Of a stretch of DNA of 64,000 nt, positions 11,149 through 23,891 are shown in pieces (the first letter of the stretch is position 1; every line of letters starts with the position of its first letter). The DNA comes from Fimicolochytrium jonesii (Eukaryota), in NCBI RefSeq assembly GCF_025526975.1, contig NW_026515674.1:744001-808000 (forward strand). Direction: 5' to 3'. A program made the translations under genes and the position numbers. The notes beneath the pieces were generated by a model. The model was not told where the DNA came from. It was given only the letters and a program-made list of their open reading frames with translations, and did no database searches.

Positions 11149-11846
11149 CTGGTGTACGTCCGGATTTAGCTCCGCGGCAGAAGCGGCAAGCTGCGACCGT
11201 AGGTTTCGAAGCCTCGATTTGGCGAGCTGAGATGTTCGTCAAGAAGACAACCAGTTGCTCTCTAAACATACTCAGAATCCGAGCAAAGATCAGGTGCTTG
11301 GAACATATATCCCAGCTCTTTTTACGGTTTCCTCAGCACGAATATTCCTACGACGGAACGGCTCTTGACTCAGACACAGAGTAAGCAGCAGATGGTAACC
11401 AGCTGGCAATACCTAATCAGTATAGTACGTGTGATGCAGTCGGTTTTATTACATCATGCAAGGAGCTTCTATGCCGTATATCTAGGAAAGTTGAATCGGC
11501 TTTCTCAAAATCGTTTTCTCCACTTGGGCGTAGCGCTTGGCTTGTGCTAACATCGAGACGTGCTTCTTCCATCCAGGAGACGTAATTACAGAAACGCGGG
11601 CAGCCCGACGCGTCTTTCACGTAAGCAACTTCGCGATTCTCAAGAGTTCAAGCTCAAGAAAGGGTGGGCGATGGGCACCAACTGTTCAAATATCTGCGGA
11701 ATGTAAGGACGGGGATGCCCAAAAGGTGCTATCAATGTATGAGCAGTGACGGAATGGTCAGTTTACTGTGTGTAAGACCATAAAACAAAGATGATCCAGC
11801 CTCACGAAACACATAGAGGAACACAACTACAATTGCGCGCTAGATG

Positions 11847-14365
11847 CTAATAGTTGCCAGGGTACCCATTCCCTCCACCATGGTGGTGACCATGTTGTCC
11901 CGAGTGACCCTGTCCTGGCGGGGGTCCTCCAAGGGCGGCGTATGGCTGACCGCCAGGCGCACCATATTGAGCAGGAGCGCCGTATTGGGCGGGAGCACCG
12001 TATTGTGCACCAGGAGGTCCGTACAGAGGTTGAGCGCCGTATGGAGGTCCACCAGGAGCACCATATTGAGCACCGGCTTGAGCACCGTACGGCGAACCTC
12101 CGGGTGTGCCGTATGGCGGCTGATAGTTCCCGTCGTACGACCCGCCCGAACCTTGATACTGGCCCGGGGGCGGACCTTGCGGAGGTTGGTAGTTGTCATA
12201 ACCTTGACTCGGTGCCTGATTGGGAGCGGCCTGAGATGGGAAGTAGCCTTGCTGCTGCTGCTGTTCCCGACCGTGCTGTTTCGGGGTGGGAACGTCACTG
12301 GGGGACCCGTATCCGTGCGTGCCGTCAGAAATGTATGGGTTCGCGTTGCTTTGTCCATGCTGCGAGTGGGCTTGGTAGTTTTGCTGGGGTTGCTGATAGT
12401 GTTGCGACTGGGGCTGCTGGTAGCTTTGCTGCGGCTGAGACTGATTGGAGCTCTCGAAAAAGCTGGCAAGCCCCAGACCTGAGTTCGCGCGGCCAGGGTC
12501 GTTCGTCTGCTGCTGTTGCTCCGGGTGCTTGCGGTTTCTGCCCGCCATGACGCTCTGCTTATCCAGACTGTTAACGCTCGGCCGGTTCTCGTCAGCCCAA
12601 CGGCGCACCACATCCATCATTTGCTGCTGGAAGGGGGTCTTTTGGAAGCCAAGATCCGCGGGGTGGAAGAACACCTGCATGGCAAGATGCAAGGCTTCTT
12701 GAGTGGACTGACCACCATCGTTCCAGGCCTTCACGACGGCGGGAACAATGTTCTCGACGACGAGACGGGCAACCTTTCCGGCAGGCTGAGAGGATTTTGC
12801 TTTAAACAACAGGCCGCTGAGCAACGAGCAATCACCGACAGCTTCTTACCTCGTTCAGATGAAGATCGAAATGGTCCTTCGAAAGCATTGAATGAGTGGG
12901 GTCCGAAGAGTTAGGATTCTTGAAAATCTCCTTCTGTGCCTCCAATTCTGTAATCTCAGCAGAACCCATCTGAAGCTTTCCAACGACTTGGCCGATGATG
13001 GGTTTGATGTATGGCTGCAAGACACACAGGAACCGGTCAGCACGAACCTCAACATATAGAAATCAATGAGCTGGGAAGTTACTGTAGCTTACCTCGAGCT
13101 GCTGCAAGACAAACAGCTGCAAAGACTCGGAGATCTTCTCGGCCAGCCAGCTCAAGCCGGGAATCTTCTCAATAGTGTTATCGACTGTCTTCATGATTCT
13201 GTCCCTCCACTCCAAGATCCCCCAGACTTGGCTTTTGATGACGACAGGGTCCGTTGAGATAGGAGCTCGCTGAAACTCCTCCGCTTCGCGAGCCGCCCCT
13301 TCCATGCCTGGAACCTGTCCGAGAAGCTTTGGCAATTGGTTGTCATCCGGGCTTCGGCTCTTCGCCTGGTTCATGCTGACGCTCAAGCTGGAGACGGAGG
13401 TGGCGGAGATATGGTCGGTCGCCTCACCGAGGAGGGAATGCGCGAAATCGGCGCCACCGAAGGTTCCCGTTACAAGAGGGTAGATCGGACGGCCGTCCCT
13501 CGCTTGACGGATAGCTGTGTTCTCACCCACAAATGGGTACACGTTTCGATGACCAAGCTCGATTAGCGTAAGCTCCACAAAGTTGCTGTGAGCCGAGAAA
13601 TCTTCAAGGGTGTGAAGAGCTTGACCCAGCAAGCGAAAGGCTTCGTCCTTGTTGCCGCTCTGGTACGCCTGAACGGAGCGCTCGATGCTGTTTCGAACAA
13701 AGACAGTCGAAGTGGCCCAACCTCCGGTCTCATTGCCGATGTAGTTCTTCATCCCGGTGCGGGGATCTATCTCCAGCTCACGGGGGTCGACAGGCCCTCT
13801 GAGATTCGGGTCGTATTTCCGAGCATCTTGGTTGTCGGCATAGCCCTTTGGGTTGTCAATGTGCTCTTCTGCGCGGTAGCATCCCAAACGTTCTTCGGTC
13901 ACTTCGAACTCGGCAGTGGCGTATCCGAACTCATTGAACCCCAGAACCGCAATCAAGGTGATGAGAGTGGCTTTGTTCAGCCCTTTGGAGAGCGTTCCAA
14001 CATCAATGGCTTGACTATAATCGCGAAGCCAGTTGCCTGTTATTATGTGAAGAAGGGTCAACGCCTGTCGTGGAGGCTTCCAAAGCCGAACCGAGCGCGT
14101 TTTAGTCTTGGAACACAAAGCACTCACCAAAATAGATGCGTTTAATATCCATCTTGCCGAACTTCTTCTTTATGCCAAGGAAGGAAAGGGCCGTGGTGCC
14201 CCCGAGGGTCAAGGTCGCAATGACATCTTCGATATCCCCGTGACGGTAGGCAGTGCCCTCAACGGCAGAAATGGAGGGGATGTTTCCGGCACCGAAAGCG
14301 GCGACTTGCCCAGGAAGCAGGCACAATAGCACCGCAAGGCAAATTATGGCGAGTGGGAACGACAT
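11847..14365 (-). CDS. het-c: Het-C domain protein with signal peptide and G/Q/Y/P-rich C-terminal tail, 4 exons
   Basis: FGAGNIPS, RHGDIED, GNWLRDYSQAIDVG, EHIDNPK, LGQALHTLEDFSAHSN, PLVTGTFGG, DPTHSMLSKDHF; hydrophobic N-terminus MSFPLAIICLAVLL. Confidence 0.93.
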
Positions 14366-14946
14366 GGTTGTGGAATTCTGAGGACGCGAGCCCTGTCTTA
14401 GCAAGATCGTAACTGTCACGATGAGCAGCAGAACTCTTCCAGCGTACCGCAAAGCTATCACCAATATAATATACATACCTTTAGCTGCTGCAAATACAGA
14501 GGACGTTTGTGCAAGTCGATGGTAAGGGTTCGTTTTGGGTTCAATTTGCTGCTGTCTGGCTACTCTCTGTGTCCAGGCTGTTCCAGTTTTCCTGGGCTGC
14601 GCAGTGCGGGAAAAAGTAAACGCACAGCCCAGCGCGTGTCATTGGCGTCAAGATTACATCCCGCCCAACTGACACGAGCGCATGTCCCCCAACCACAAGA
14701 TGGAACTTTCTTGATGGAACATTGGAAGATCACTGTACTGTACTGTATATGTCCTCGATCTCGAATCGATTTGGCATGCATGCGATGTTTGCTGTACATG
14801 TACTCCAGCGATGAAGAACATCGCATCGATTGATATCTGAAAATGGATGGCATCCCCAAACTTCTCGAGACAGTTTTCTACAATGTACGTGAGGAGAACT
14901 ACGCCAATGCATCCAAGACGGTAGCCATTCCAATCCTAATCCTAAT

Positions 14947-17559
14947 CTAATCATCATCTTCGCTATTGACAAATTCCTCGCTTTTGTATTTCGATTCGCT
15001 CTTGGTTACGGTCTTTGCGCTCGCCGAGGATTTTGTGTTCGCTGGCGGCTTTGCGCCCTCTGCTACCTGTGCATCGTATTCCTCGCGGCTTTTACGAGCC
15101 AATTCTTCATAGGGCTGTGAATTATGCTTTCATGAGAACGTTGTACAAATACAATATGCAATGTACGGAACACTCACCGCTTTCTCGTCTGGTCCCGCCG
15201 CCTTCCACAATTCACCCAACTTCTTGGCGACCTCTGGGACGGACAGACCGGGGTTCTCCTTCAATACCTCAGGCCGCTTCTCCTTAGAGAAGTGGAAATA
15301 GGCCGTCAAAGGCTTCTTTGGGCCATCTGACGACGTCTTGGCCTTTTTGGCGGGCGGCTTGGAAACCTTGTCAGACTTCTCCTTCAGTTTGGTCTTTTCT
15401 TTAGGCTTCTCTCCCGCTGCTGCATCCTCGCCTCCTTCTCCCTCACTGGCACTTCCAGCATAGTCTTCATCGAACTCTTCTGCGACGTCACTTTCGTCCT
15501 CAGGTGCAAAGTCTTCGTCCTCTGCAGTGCATGTATCAGCAGATCGAACTTCGTGGGAAATGAAGTCGCCTGATACGTACCACTTTCATCTTCATCCTCA
15601 TCACCAAAGCCTCCCGAAATCTCTTCTCGCACACGCTTCCGTGGCGCTTCATCTCCGCTGTCAATGTCAGAGTCTTCCGCATACGTATTTTGGGGGTCCG
15701 CAAGTTCGCTGAGGACCTTGATGTTCTTGGCGCGGAAGAATCGTTCCAGCGGATCATGCTCCTCTCTAATAAACTGACATCGTCACATATGGTCCATAGA
15801 GGGAAACCCGACACTGCAAATCTCCACCCACCTGGCGATGCTTCCAAATGTGTACTCTGGTCCGTCCCGCAAATTGACTTTGATCTCGAAAGTCTTCAAA
15901 GCGTTGCCTCCTCCAGCCTGACCAACACGAGAGAAAGTGACAACCGAGATTTCCGCGTGGGCAATGAAGATTGCTGGCTTGGGGATCGAGATCAAGCACT
16001 TCTCCAGAGGGTAAAAGAAGGCCTCGTTGGCCTTGTATGCACACTTGATACCGCTCTGGCTTTGCGCACTGGGAACGTTTCGATGAGTAAAAATGATCGG
16101 GGCCGAACAGGAGAAATGCTTTCGCAGGAGGGCGCCTCACCTCTTGAAACTTCCAGAGGTTGTAACCTTCTTTCCAGATAGCCCCTTCAGAACGTCACTG
16201 ACGACTTCGAAGGAAGGGCCATCGTATGATTTCTTCAGCTTGTCAGTGTAGTTCTCCCAGTCCTGGCTATGAGGGAGGAGAGGCATGAGCTCACTCGTGA
16301 CGGTAGCAGACAGTGATGAAGACGGCGTGTACATACTCTTGCATGTTCAAGTCAAGCTCGACCTCATCGTCGCGCTCGAACTGGAAGACAAGGAACGGGT
16401 ATCGTGTTTGCCCTTGGCGCAATGGAGGGTCCAGTCCAACAACGAGCATCGAGTGCATGTCATCCGGCTTTGGCAAGACAGCAAGCATGACAATGGAGGT
16501 AAACAGAATCTTGTAGTCGTGTGACTTTCCACGCAACCGGAACGAATCCAAGTAAAGCTCCATCGCAAAACGTCCACTAGATTGGGAATGCGGCATGAGT
16601 GATCCTTGACCCGTTGCAACAGCAAAAGAGAAGAAAAACGTACCGTGGCGTGAGACACAGCAAGTTCTCGAAGGTGGCGACCGGGTCCCCAGCTGCGCCG
16701 TCCAAATCCGCCTTTTGCTTGATTGTCTCACACAGCAGGCTCGCTGCCGTCAACGCCGTTCCATCTTCATCCAGCACAGGGGCATGCTCTCCGTTTTCAC
16801 CATCCCCGCCATTCGCTTCCTCGTTTGCAACCTTAGCTTCTTCATCCTTGTCTTTGAACAGCTTGACACCTTCCTCGTTCTCCGTGACTTGATTCTGTGT
16901 CCCCACACCCGGTACAAAGAATCGAATCTCCATCAGCTCATCTTCGGCCTCCTTCTTGCTCTTCTTCGTGTTGTCGGGTGCAAACTCGAGTGTCACTTCG
17001 TTACGAGACGCCAAGTTGGTGCTGGCGACATCACTTAATGGCACTTCGAAGGCGGTGTGGTTCGCAACGTTGAATGCCATGTGGTTGCCCTGGAACTCAA
17101 CTGCTCCCCAATTCCAACCCCTCACAGAAACCTCCTTGCGCTCTAGCGTTTTGTGGTATGTGCTTTTTATCAGAGAGGCGAGCGTCTCGTAGGACTGTGG
17201 AACACTAGGGGTTAGTGGATTGCCGACCATATGTTACGAACAGGAGTCAACCAACATCTCTCGGCAATCCGTCGAACTTGAAGACTTTTCCCTCCTTCGT
17301 CTGTAGTCGTAGCTGGAACTCCCGTGAGCAGCGCTGCCACGACAGCTTCTGTAAGTCGGCTGAGGAAATCGTGACGATTTTCCCGGTGGTTGCATTCTTC
17401 CAGCCAATGCCCATTTCGGCAATCTTCAACTTCCCCGCTGCCTAAGAAAGAGTTGCGAGTTCAATATGACATATACAAGGATGCGCGAGGTGTGAAACGG
17501 TAGCACACCTTGGCACTCGTCTTCCCTCCCAGATAGACATTCTCGAACTCTCGAGCCAT
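14947..17559 (-). CDS. POB3: FACT complex subunit SSRP1/Pob3 with C-terminal HMG box, multi-exon
   Basis: GWNWG, ELMEIRFFVP, LTPRGRF, LDPPLRQGQTRYPFLVFQF, KANEAFFYPLEK, acidic tract, then PKKPLTAYFHFSKEKR...EVAKKLGELWK (HMG box). Stop TAG at 14949-14947. Confidence 0.95.
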
Positions 17560-17886
17560 GATGGTCGTTGTCAGCTATGGATATTTGGGATTGTACGATG
17601 GAAAGTTTCGAGCTGGTGCGATATGCTTGGGGCGGGGGATAGGCCTCACGGCACAGCACAAGTACGTATGAGAGAATTCAGGTGATCTTCAACACTGGCA
17701 GTTTGAGCAAGCGCACGGACAGAATTTGGACCAGCGAATTCTTGGGTGGCTTGGCCCCTCATATGCGTGCGCGCGTCCTTTACTTCCGAGTCCCTCGTTT
17801 TCATCAATGATGTTTAGATTTCCTTTTTAACGAATTTCGAGTATGGTACAATATGTCTTCTATACGAACGATCCATTTCCACCCCA

Positions 17887-18959
17887 CTAACCTTCCCAAA
17901 AGCGGGGAAGCTTGTTCCCGGGCACAAAGATACGTTCCACGCCATCTTTCGTGATGACAGCCAAACGAATGACTCCTCCAGATGATCCATCGCGAGACAT
18001 GGCAAGGGCAATCGCTGATGGTTGAGGTGAAAGTACGGTCAGTGTCCAAATTCGGAACCCAGAGCCACAGCACAAAGTCCCGCACTCACAGTTCTTGGTA
18101 AACACAATTGCCTCCTCCTTGGTCATCCCTTCCTTATACGTTGCATCACAGTATCCGTAGATGTATGTGGAGCCCGATCCCCCAATTGAGAAGGGTTGTT
18201 TGTGAATGGATCCGCCAAGCGGGACGGAGTAGACGGAAGGCCCTTCGTATTGGTCCCATCCAGCTACGATGATACCGGCTGAAAGATTGTCCTTGTTTTG
18301 GTAGCACATTTCGCGAAAGAGATTTGCTGCCACGCGAACTGGGGGCCTTTCCCCTTCTTGCACACTGTTTCCGTGGTCAGAGAGCGCCGAAGATGCGGAA
18401 ATTCTGCGAAACGTCCTCAAAGCTTACGCGTAGAGTTGAAGATGGTAATGAACAATATCCGCCACAGCTTGCGTGTCGGCAGCACTTCCACTTCGACAGC
18501 AGTAGACGAGCTCATGTACGCAGGTGAGTTTGTCCGTTACCCTGTTGGCTATGTGCATTGTATAACGATGGTCAGGACGGGCTCAAACACGCCGATAGCA
18601 GTGAATGCGCGTAACAGCTTTTGTGGTCTGCCATCCTTCCCCATTGAAGTGTCTTCAGACGGGATCGAACTCGGACAGGTGTGGTTTCCCGTTTTACGTA
18701 CCGATGTATGATCCAGTCGTCGTCCGGGAATCGGCACCGATGATAACGCCATCTGCAAACTGCACTGCCATAATCGTCGTCTAAGAGAATAACGCATATC
18801 GACAGTATCAGTATATCGTCACTCGCCGTCTCGCCGTCCCACCACCATCTCGATTCCCACGTTCCCAACGCGAAGATCGGGGTCAGAACATGGGAAAGGA
18901 TGAAGCCTCGTGCTTACCCCAAGATTGACTTCTCCGGGCTTGAGCCTCTGTGTCTCCAT
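17887..18959 (-). CDS. PRE3: 20S proteasome subunit beta1, 5 exons
   Basis: Propeptide ..GEVNLG then TTIMAV (catalytic Thr1), [50 protein letters not shown]. Confidence 0.97.
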
Positions 18960-19492
18960 ATTTGCTGTTTAATCCCGGGGGTTTGGGTGTATATGTCGGG
19001 AATATGCGGTCTTCTCTCTGTCTGTTCTGCGTCCTGCCACCTACGATTCCTGGATGTTAGACATTGACGAGCGAATCGATACGTGTGAGAACACAGTGTG
19101 GACCCATCACAGCTGAGAGCCATAAATATGCCCTGGTGATGGAGAGGTTTACCTTGTGCTGTAAAGTGGACCTTGAAGAGTACGAGGGTCGGGACGGGGT
19201 CTGGGCACAGTGGGAAGAAGTCGACGGCAGCTGGAATTGCGACCTCCTCTCTTATGGAAAGTCGAAGGTCCTAACGCGTCTAAAAGGATAGGATCTATAC
19301 CGACCCTTCGCTCCGTGACCTGCTCTGTGCGCCCGTTTTGCTTGCACAATTTCCCAGGCGGCCGTGCATGCACCTGTGTTGCAGGAAGCCGCATAACACA
19401 ACTATTCATACCCGCATGTACTTCCTGACGGCATCACATACTAGTGCTGCTGTGAAATACACCAGCACCACCACCCGACGTTTTGACCCACG

Positions 19493-22349
19493 ATGAGCTG
19501 GCTCTCAAAGCTAACGAGCGCCGAAGGTGCAGCTGCACTCCTGCAACAGGCAGTGTCTAAGGTCGAAAGTCAAATCGACAAAGTTTTGGACATTCCGCAA
19601 CCACAGGGTGGTACCGCACCGCCGCAGACTCAGGAACCTGTTAGACCCGAGAATGGTAGCGTTCTGTTTGTAAGTGATCTTTGGTAGAGATCAATATTCA
19701 CTGACGCTTGGTGGGCCACCAGTACCGTCACCATTTCCGCGTCGAGCACCAAAGCGTTCCACGTCGTCAAACGCTCCGAAAAGTGGGACGAGTACTCCAC
19801 AGCAGGGTTCCCCTCGGCAGTCGAGAGGACAGGGTTCACGTAGTTCCAGTCCAACACCAAAAGACCCGGAACGGGGAGCGAAGAACAGATCAAGTTCCCC
19901 ACTAAAGGATGGGAAGTCTATAGAACCCGATCCTCTCGCCACTGGGATATCGCCAAATGAGGCTACTCTCATTGATATCACCGATGGGACAACTACAGTC
20001 CCTGAGCTCAATGGCGCGGAGAAGGAAGGATCAGACCTGGACGCGAGCGCAAGCAGTTTGGAGGCCACCCAAGGCTTGCCAAATCGCAGTGAAGCCAGTC
20101 ATTCGTCCCTCGTAGGGATCTCATCGGCAGCGAATCCACTACCAGAAGCAGATCCAACACCAGAGGCGGAAAGCTTGCTGGATCTTCAAAATGACAGCAT
20201 CCAGTTGCCTGCGATCTCCATGACAGCTGCCACGAAGCCCTTGGTCCCAGAGAGAGAGGTCCTGGAGAAAGGCGTCGCTGTTCCAACAATAGAACCAGTC
20301 CCCGAGGGTGATGTATCCCAGTCCACGGCGGAAGCAGATGACTCTGCGAATCCCGCGACGGTGGAAGATCTCAAGTCAGAGGGCGCCAAGCAACCGGTGA
20401 CAGCACCAGAAGGACGCTCTCCTTCGAAAAGCGAGCCAGCATCTGCATCCACGTCTCACTTGCAAACATTGATCGAGCGTCGAGAAGAACAACTAATGAA
20501 GTCAATGCAAGAGAACGCATCACTGATCGATACTGTTAGCGCGCTGAAACGCCAAATGGAGACCTTGGAGAATCAGCGCGCATCTGAGCAGCAGGAAGCT
20601 GAGAACAGGATCGACGATTTGGAAAATCAACTCAAGGCAGCCAAAGAGGAAGCCGCCAGAGCACAGGAACTGTCGTCGTCACAATCAAGTTTGCAAAGTT
20701 CCCTGGATGAAACCTTGAAGAAGCTGGGTCAGAAGGAGGACATGGTTGCGCAGCTGTTGTCAGAAGGAGAACGTCTGTCGAAAGCTGAATTGAAGTTGAA
20801 TACTACGATCAAAAGGCTTCGCGCCGAAAAAGGTGACCTCGATAAGCAATTGAAGGACGAGAGCGACAAACTAGAAAAGGCCCAAGCGGAAATCACATCG
20901 CTAAAATCCAAAGTCAGCGATGTTGCAGACAACGAGAGGAAAATCAACGTTAACGTCCGATCGCTGGCAGAGGCGGGGGATCGGCAACTCAAGGAAATCA
21001 AGCGGCTACAAGGCGAACTGGAGACCCTCCGAGCCACAACTGGAGAGCTGCAAAGTGATCTGGACCGAACAAAGTCAAAGCTACTAGAGGCCGAAAGGGT
21101 AGCCACTGAGGCCTCCTCTGCGGCGCAGTCCGATGCTTTGGAAGCGCAAGCTCGGGAGACGGCGAACCTCAAAGCTGAGCTGGCGTTGGCAAAGAAGGAG
21201 AACGAAGCTTTGCAGACATCCTTGTCAGAAGAAGTGCAGAACCTGCGAATGACTCTGGCGCAGAAGGAAGACGAAGCCGGATGGAAGGAGGATACCCTGC
21301 ATAGAGAGATTGCTGGCCTACAGCGTCGGTTGCAGGAAGTAGAGGCCCAGAGCCATATACTTGCGTCAGTGAGCGAAGAGTCTTCCGCCCCGTTACTTCG
21401 TCAAATAGAAACCCTACAGTCCCAACATGCCGCATCCTTGCGCAAGTGGGAGCAGATAGAGCGGCAGCTGACCGCCCAATACCAGGATGCGGATGCCGAG
21501 CGGAAGCGGGCACTGGAGTCAGAGCGACAACACGTTGCAAAGCTGGCATCGCTGACAAGCGCGATCGGATCCCTGCAAGAGCAGTTAGAAACGGAACGTA
21601 TAAACTTGCAGTCTCATGAACAAGCACATAAGGACAAAGATAACGAGATTGCGCAACTTCAGTCGGCAGCAAACAAACTGAATGGCCGTATTGCGGAACT
21701 GGAAACGAGCCACCAGCTGTTACAAGATCTAGCCACCGAAACCGAAGCAAGACTACGGAAAGAGCTAGACAATGAGCGCAAGAAACTTGCCGAGCTGCAA
21801 GAGTCCCTTGCAACCGTCCGGCCTCCGCTACCACCAGCAGACGTAGCCAAGCAGCTCCCCCCGCTAACCATCGAGATACCCAAGGGCCGAATCACGCCCG
21901 ATGAAAGCCGCAGGCCCTCCATGTCAACACAATCCTTGTTCTCCGAGTCGGCAAGCGTCGCGGCCGTCGCGCCCCCGAGTGCAGGCATTCCCGGCGCGTT
22001 CAGCTCCGCGGCGATCATCGAGCGCCTACAAAGCACCGTGCGGAATTATGAAGGGCAGCTCGCATCCCTGCGTACCCAATTACAGATGGCGGAGCAAGGG
22101 CGGAATGATTTGGCAGAGGAGCTTGTCAAGGTTACGAGTGAGATCGAGATCGGGCGGGCTGGGGAAGCTGTCCAGCAGGAAAAGGAGGAGCTCAACAGGA
22201 GGTACCTGGCAGCGCTGGAGCTCTTGGGGGAGAAGACCGAACTGGTCGAGGAGCTCCGTGCAGATATCAATGATATGAAGAGTATTTTTAGACAACAGAT
22301 CACTGAGCTGACTGTCGAGATGGAAGCAATGAAGAAGGCACGCACTTGA
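19493..22349 (+). CDS. SGM1: TMF1/Sgm1 golgin coiled-coil protein, 2 exons
   Basis: N-terminal MSWLSK..QQAVSKVESQIDKVLDI; LLSEGERLSK..TIKRLR; C-terminal RYLAALELLGEKTELVEELRADINDMK..FRQQI. Confidence 0.9.
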
Positions 22350-22641
22350 AAATGGAGCAGGCTAATCCTCGTTTCTGTCTAAAATATATACGGGGCCGGT
22401 GGTGTATCATCACGGACAGGACTCTGCATTAATCATCTGTACACACCACTTCTATGCTGTTGGCCACCCGCAACCAAGTTTCCCAGAGGATTATTCTGCT
22501 TCATTTTATAAAATGGTCGCACATTTGCTTGCTATTGGGATCATTATTTACATCGCGAGGGAAAGTCCGTAATATACAAAGAAAGCCTGCTATATTATAT
22601 CCCACTTTCATTCATGGTCCGATGCTCAGATAGTCGAGCCC

Positions 22642-23622
22642 TCATTTGACGGCTTTCTTGACGAAAGCACAGGCCTCGGTGACGCTGGCGGCAGGGCTCA
22701 CATGGATTTGGGTCTCGACAAGCTTTCCGCCCTTGCCAACGACAACGTGGGAGCGGACGATCTTCTTGGGATCAGCGTAAGCACCAAACGCCTTAATGAC
22801 GTGGTACTCAGGGTCACAGAGGAGGGTGTAAGGAAGGTCGAGCTAACGGAAGGCCGTATATTAGCTTCAAATCCCGGGAACATGTTGATCAAAACAAACA
22901 ATGTACCTTATTCTTCCAGCTAGTCTGAGCTTTGGGGGAATCAGCTGAAAGGCCGTAAACAGCATAACCGCCCTTCTTGAACTGTCATAAGGATGGTAAG
23001 CTTTCGCACGCCTTCATTCGTAGGTTTAGAAACATTTGACTCGCCTCCTCATAGTTCTCCTTGAAGCCCTTGGCCTGGTTAGTGCACCCGGGGGTATTCG
23101 CCTTAGGATACATGAAGAAGACAGCACCGGTGCTCTTGACTAGGTCGATCACTTTGTGCTAAAAACCCATCAGGCGTTTCATGGTAAATAACAGGTCTGG
23201 TAAGCGACTAAACCAAAAAGATAGCACACCTGCTTGCCGTCCTGATCCTCGACAGTGAGATCCTGCGGAACGGTATCGCCAACCTTCAGAACGTTGACCG
23301 TCGTCTTCGGTTTCTTAGCTCCAGCACCTTCAGCCACGTTCCCTTCGGGTGCGGCATCGCTCGTTTTCGGATCCACAGAGTCCTTCGCCTTTCGCTTAGG
23401 AGCAGCCTTAGTTTCCTCCGCATCAGCCACAGGCTTGCCGTTCTCTGCAGGTTTGGAGTCGGTAGTGGCGGCCTTTGCGGCAGGCTTCTTGTCGCTTTTG
23501 GCTTCCTTTGGCTTCGTAGCTTTGGGTTCGGGCTTCTGCTTATCGGCATCAGAAGCACTTTGGGGCCGTGCCGCAATACGAGTGCTTCGACGAGGACCTC
23601 CTTCTTCGTTTGAGCCAGCCAT
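22642..23622 (-). CDS. Peroxiredoxin, BCP/PrxQ (Dot5-like) with K/A/P-rich N-terminal extension, 4 exons
   Basis: [38 protein letters not shown]. Stop TGA at 22644-22642. Confidence 0.92.
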
Positions 23623-23891
23623 CCTATGTAGTCTTGGTGATAAGTGCGGGTTGCGATGTTTCTGATCTAGAACCTGAGGGTGTTGCAGAATCTTGAGACG
23701 CGTGAGGGGTAGAAACAGGGACGCTATCGGACAAGGCGCTCAGGCTCTCGTCTGCTCACCGTCTCCCTTCTCCTCGTCTCAGGTCTGTCCCCAAACCACA
23801 ATTGCGGTGCACACACGGCCCACGCAAGCATTTGTCCAGAACTTCGAAAGACCTGCAGGCCTGCCTGCGTTGCAGGAAAACGTCTGCCCCA

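Noticed and set aside
11840..12613. Long alternative-frame and antisense ORFs over the Het-C tail
   Set aside because: Shadow ORFs of repetitive GC-rich coding sequence.
14929..14950. TTAGGA-like repeats resembling telomeric sequence
   Set aside because: Only about three units overlapping the POB3 stop codon; simple low-complexity 3' UTR.
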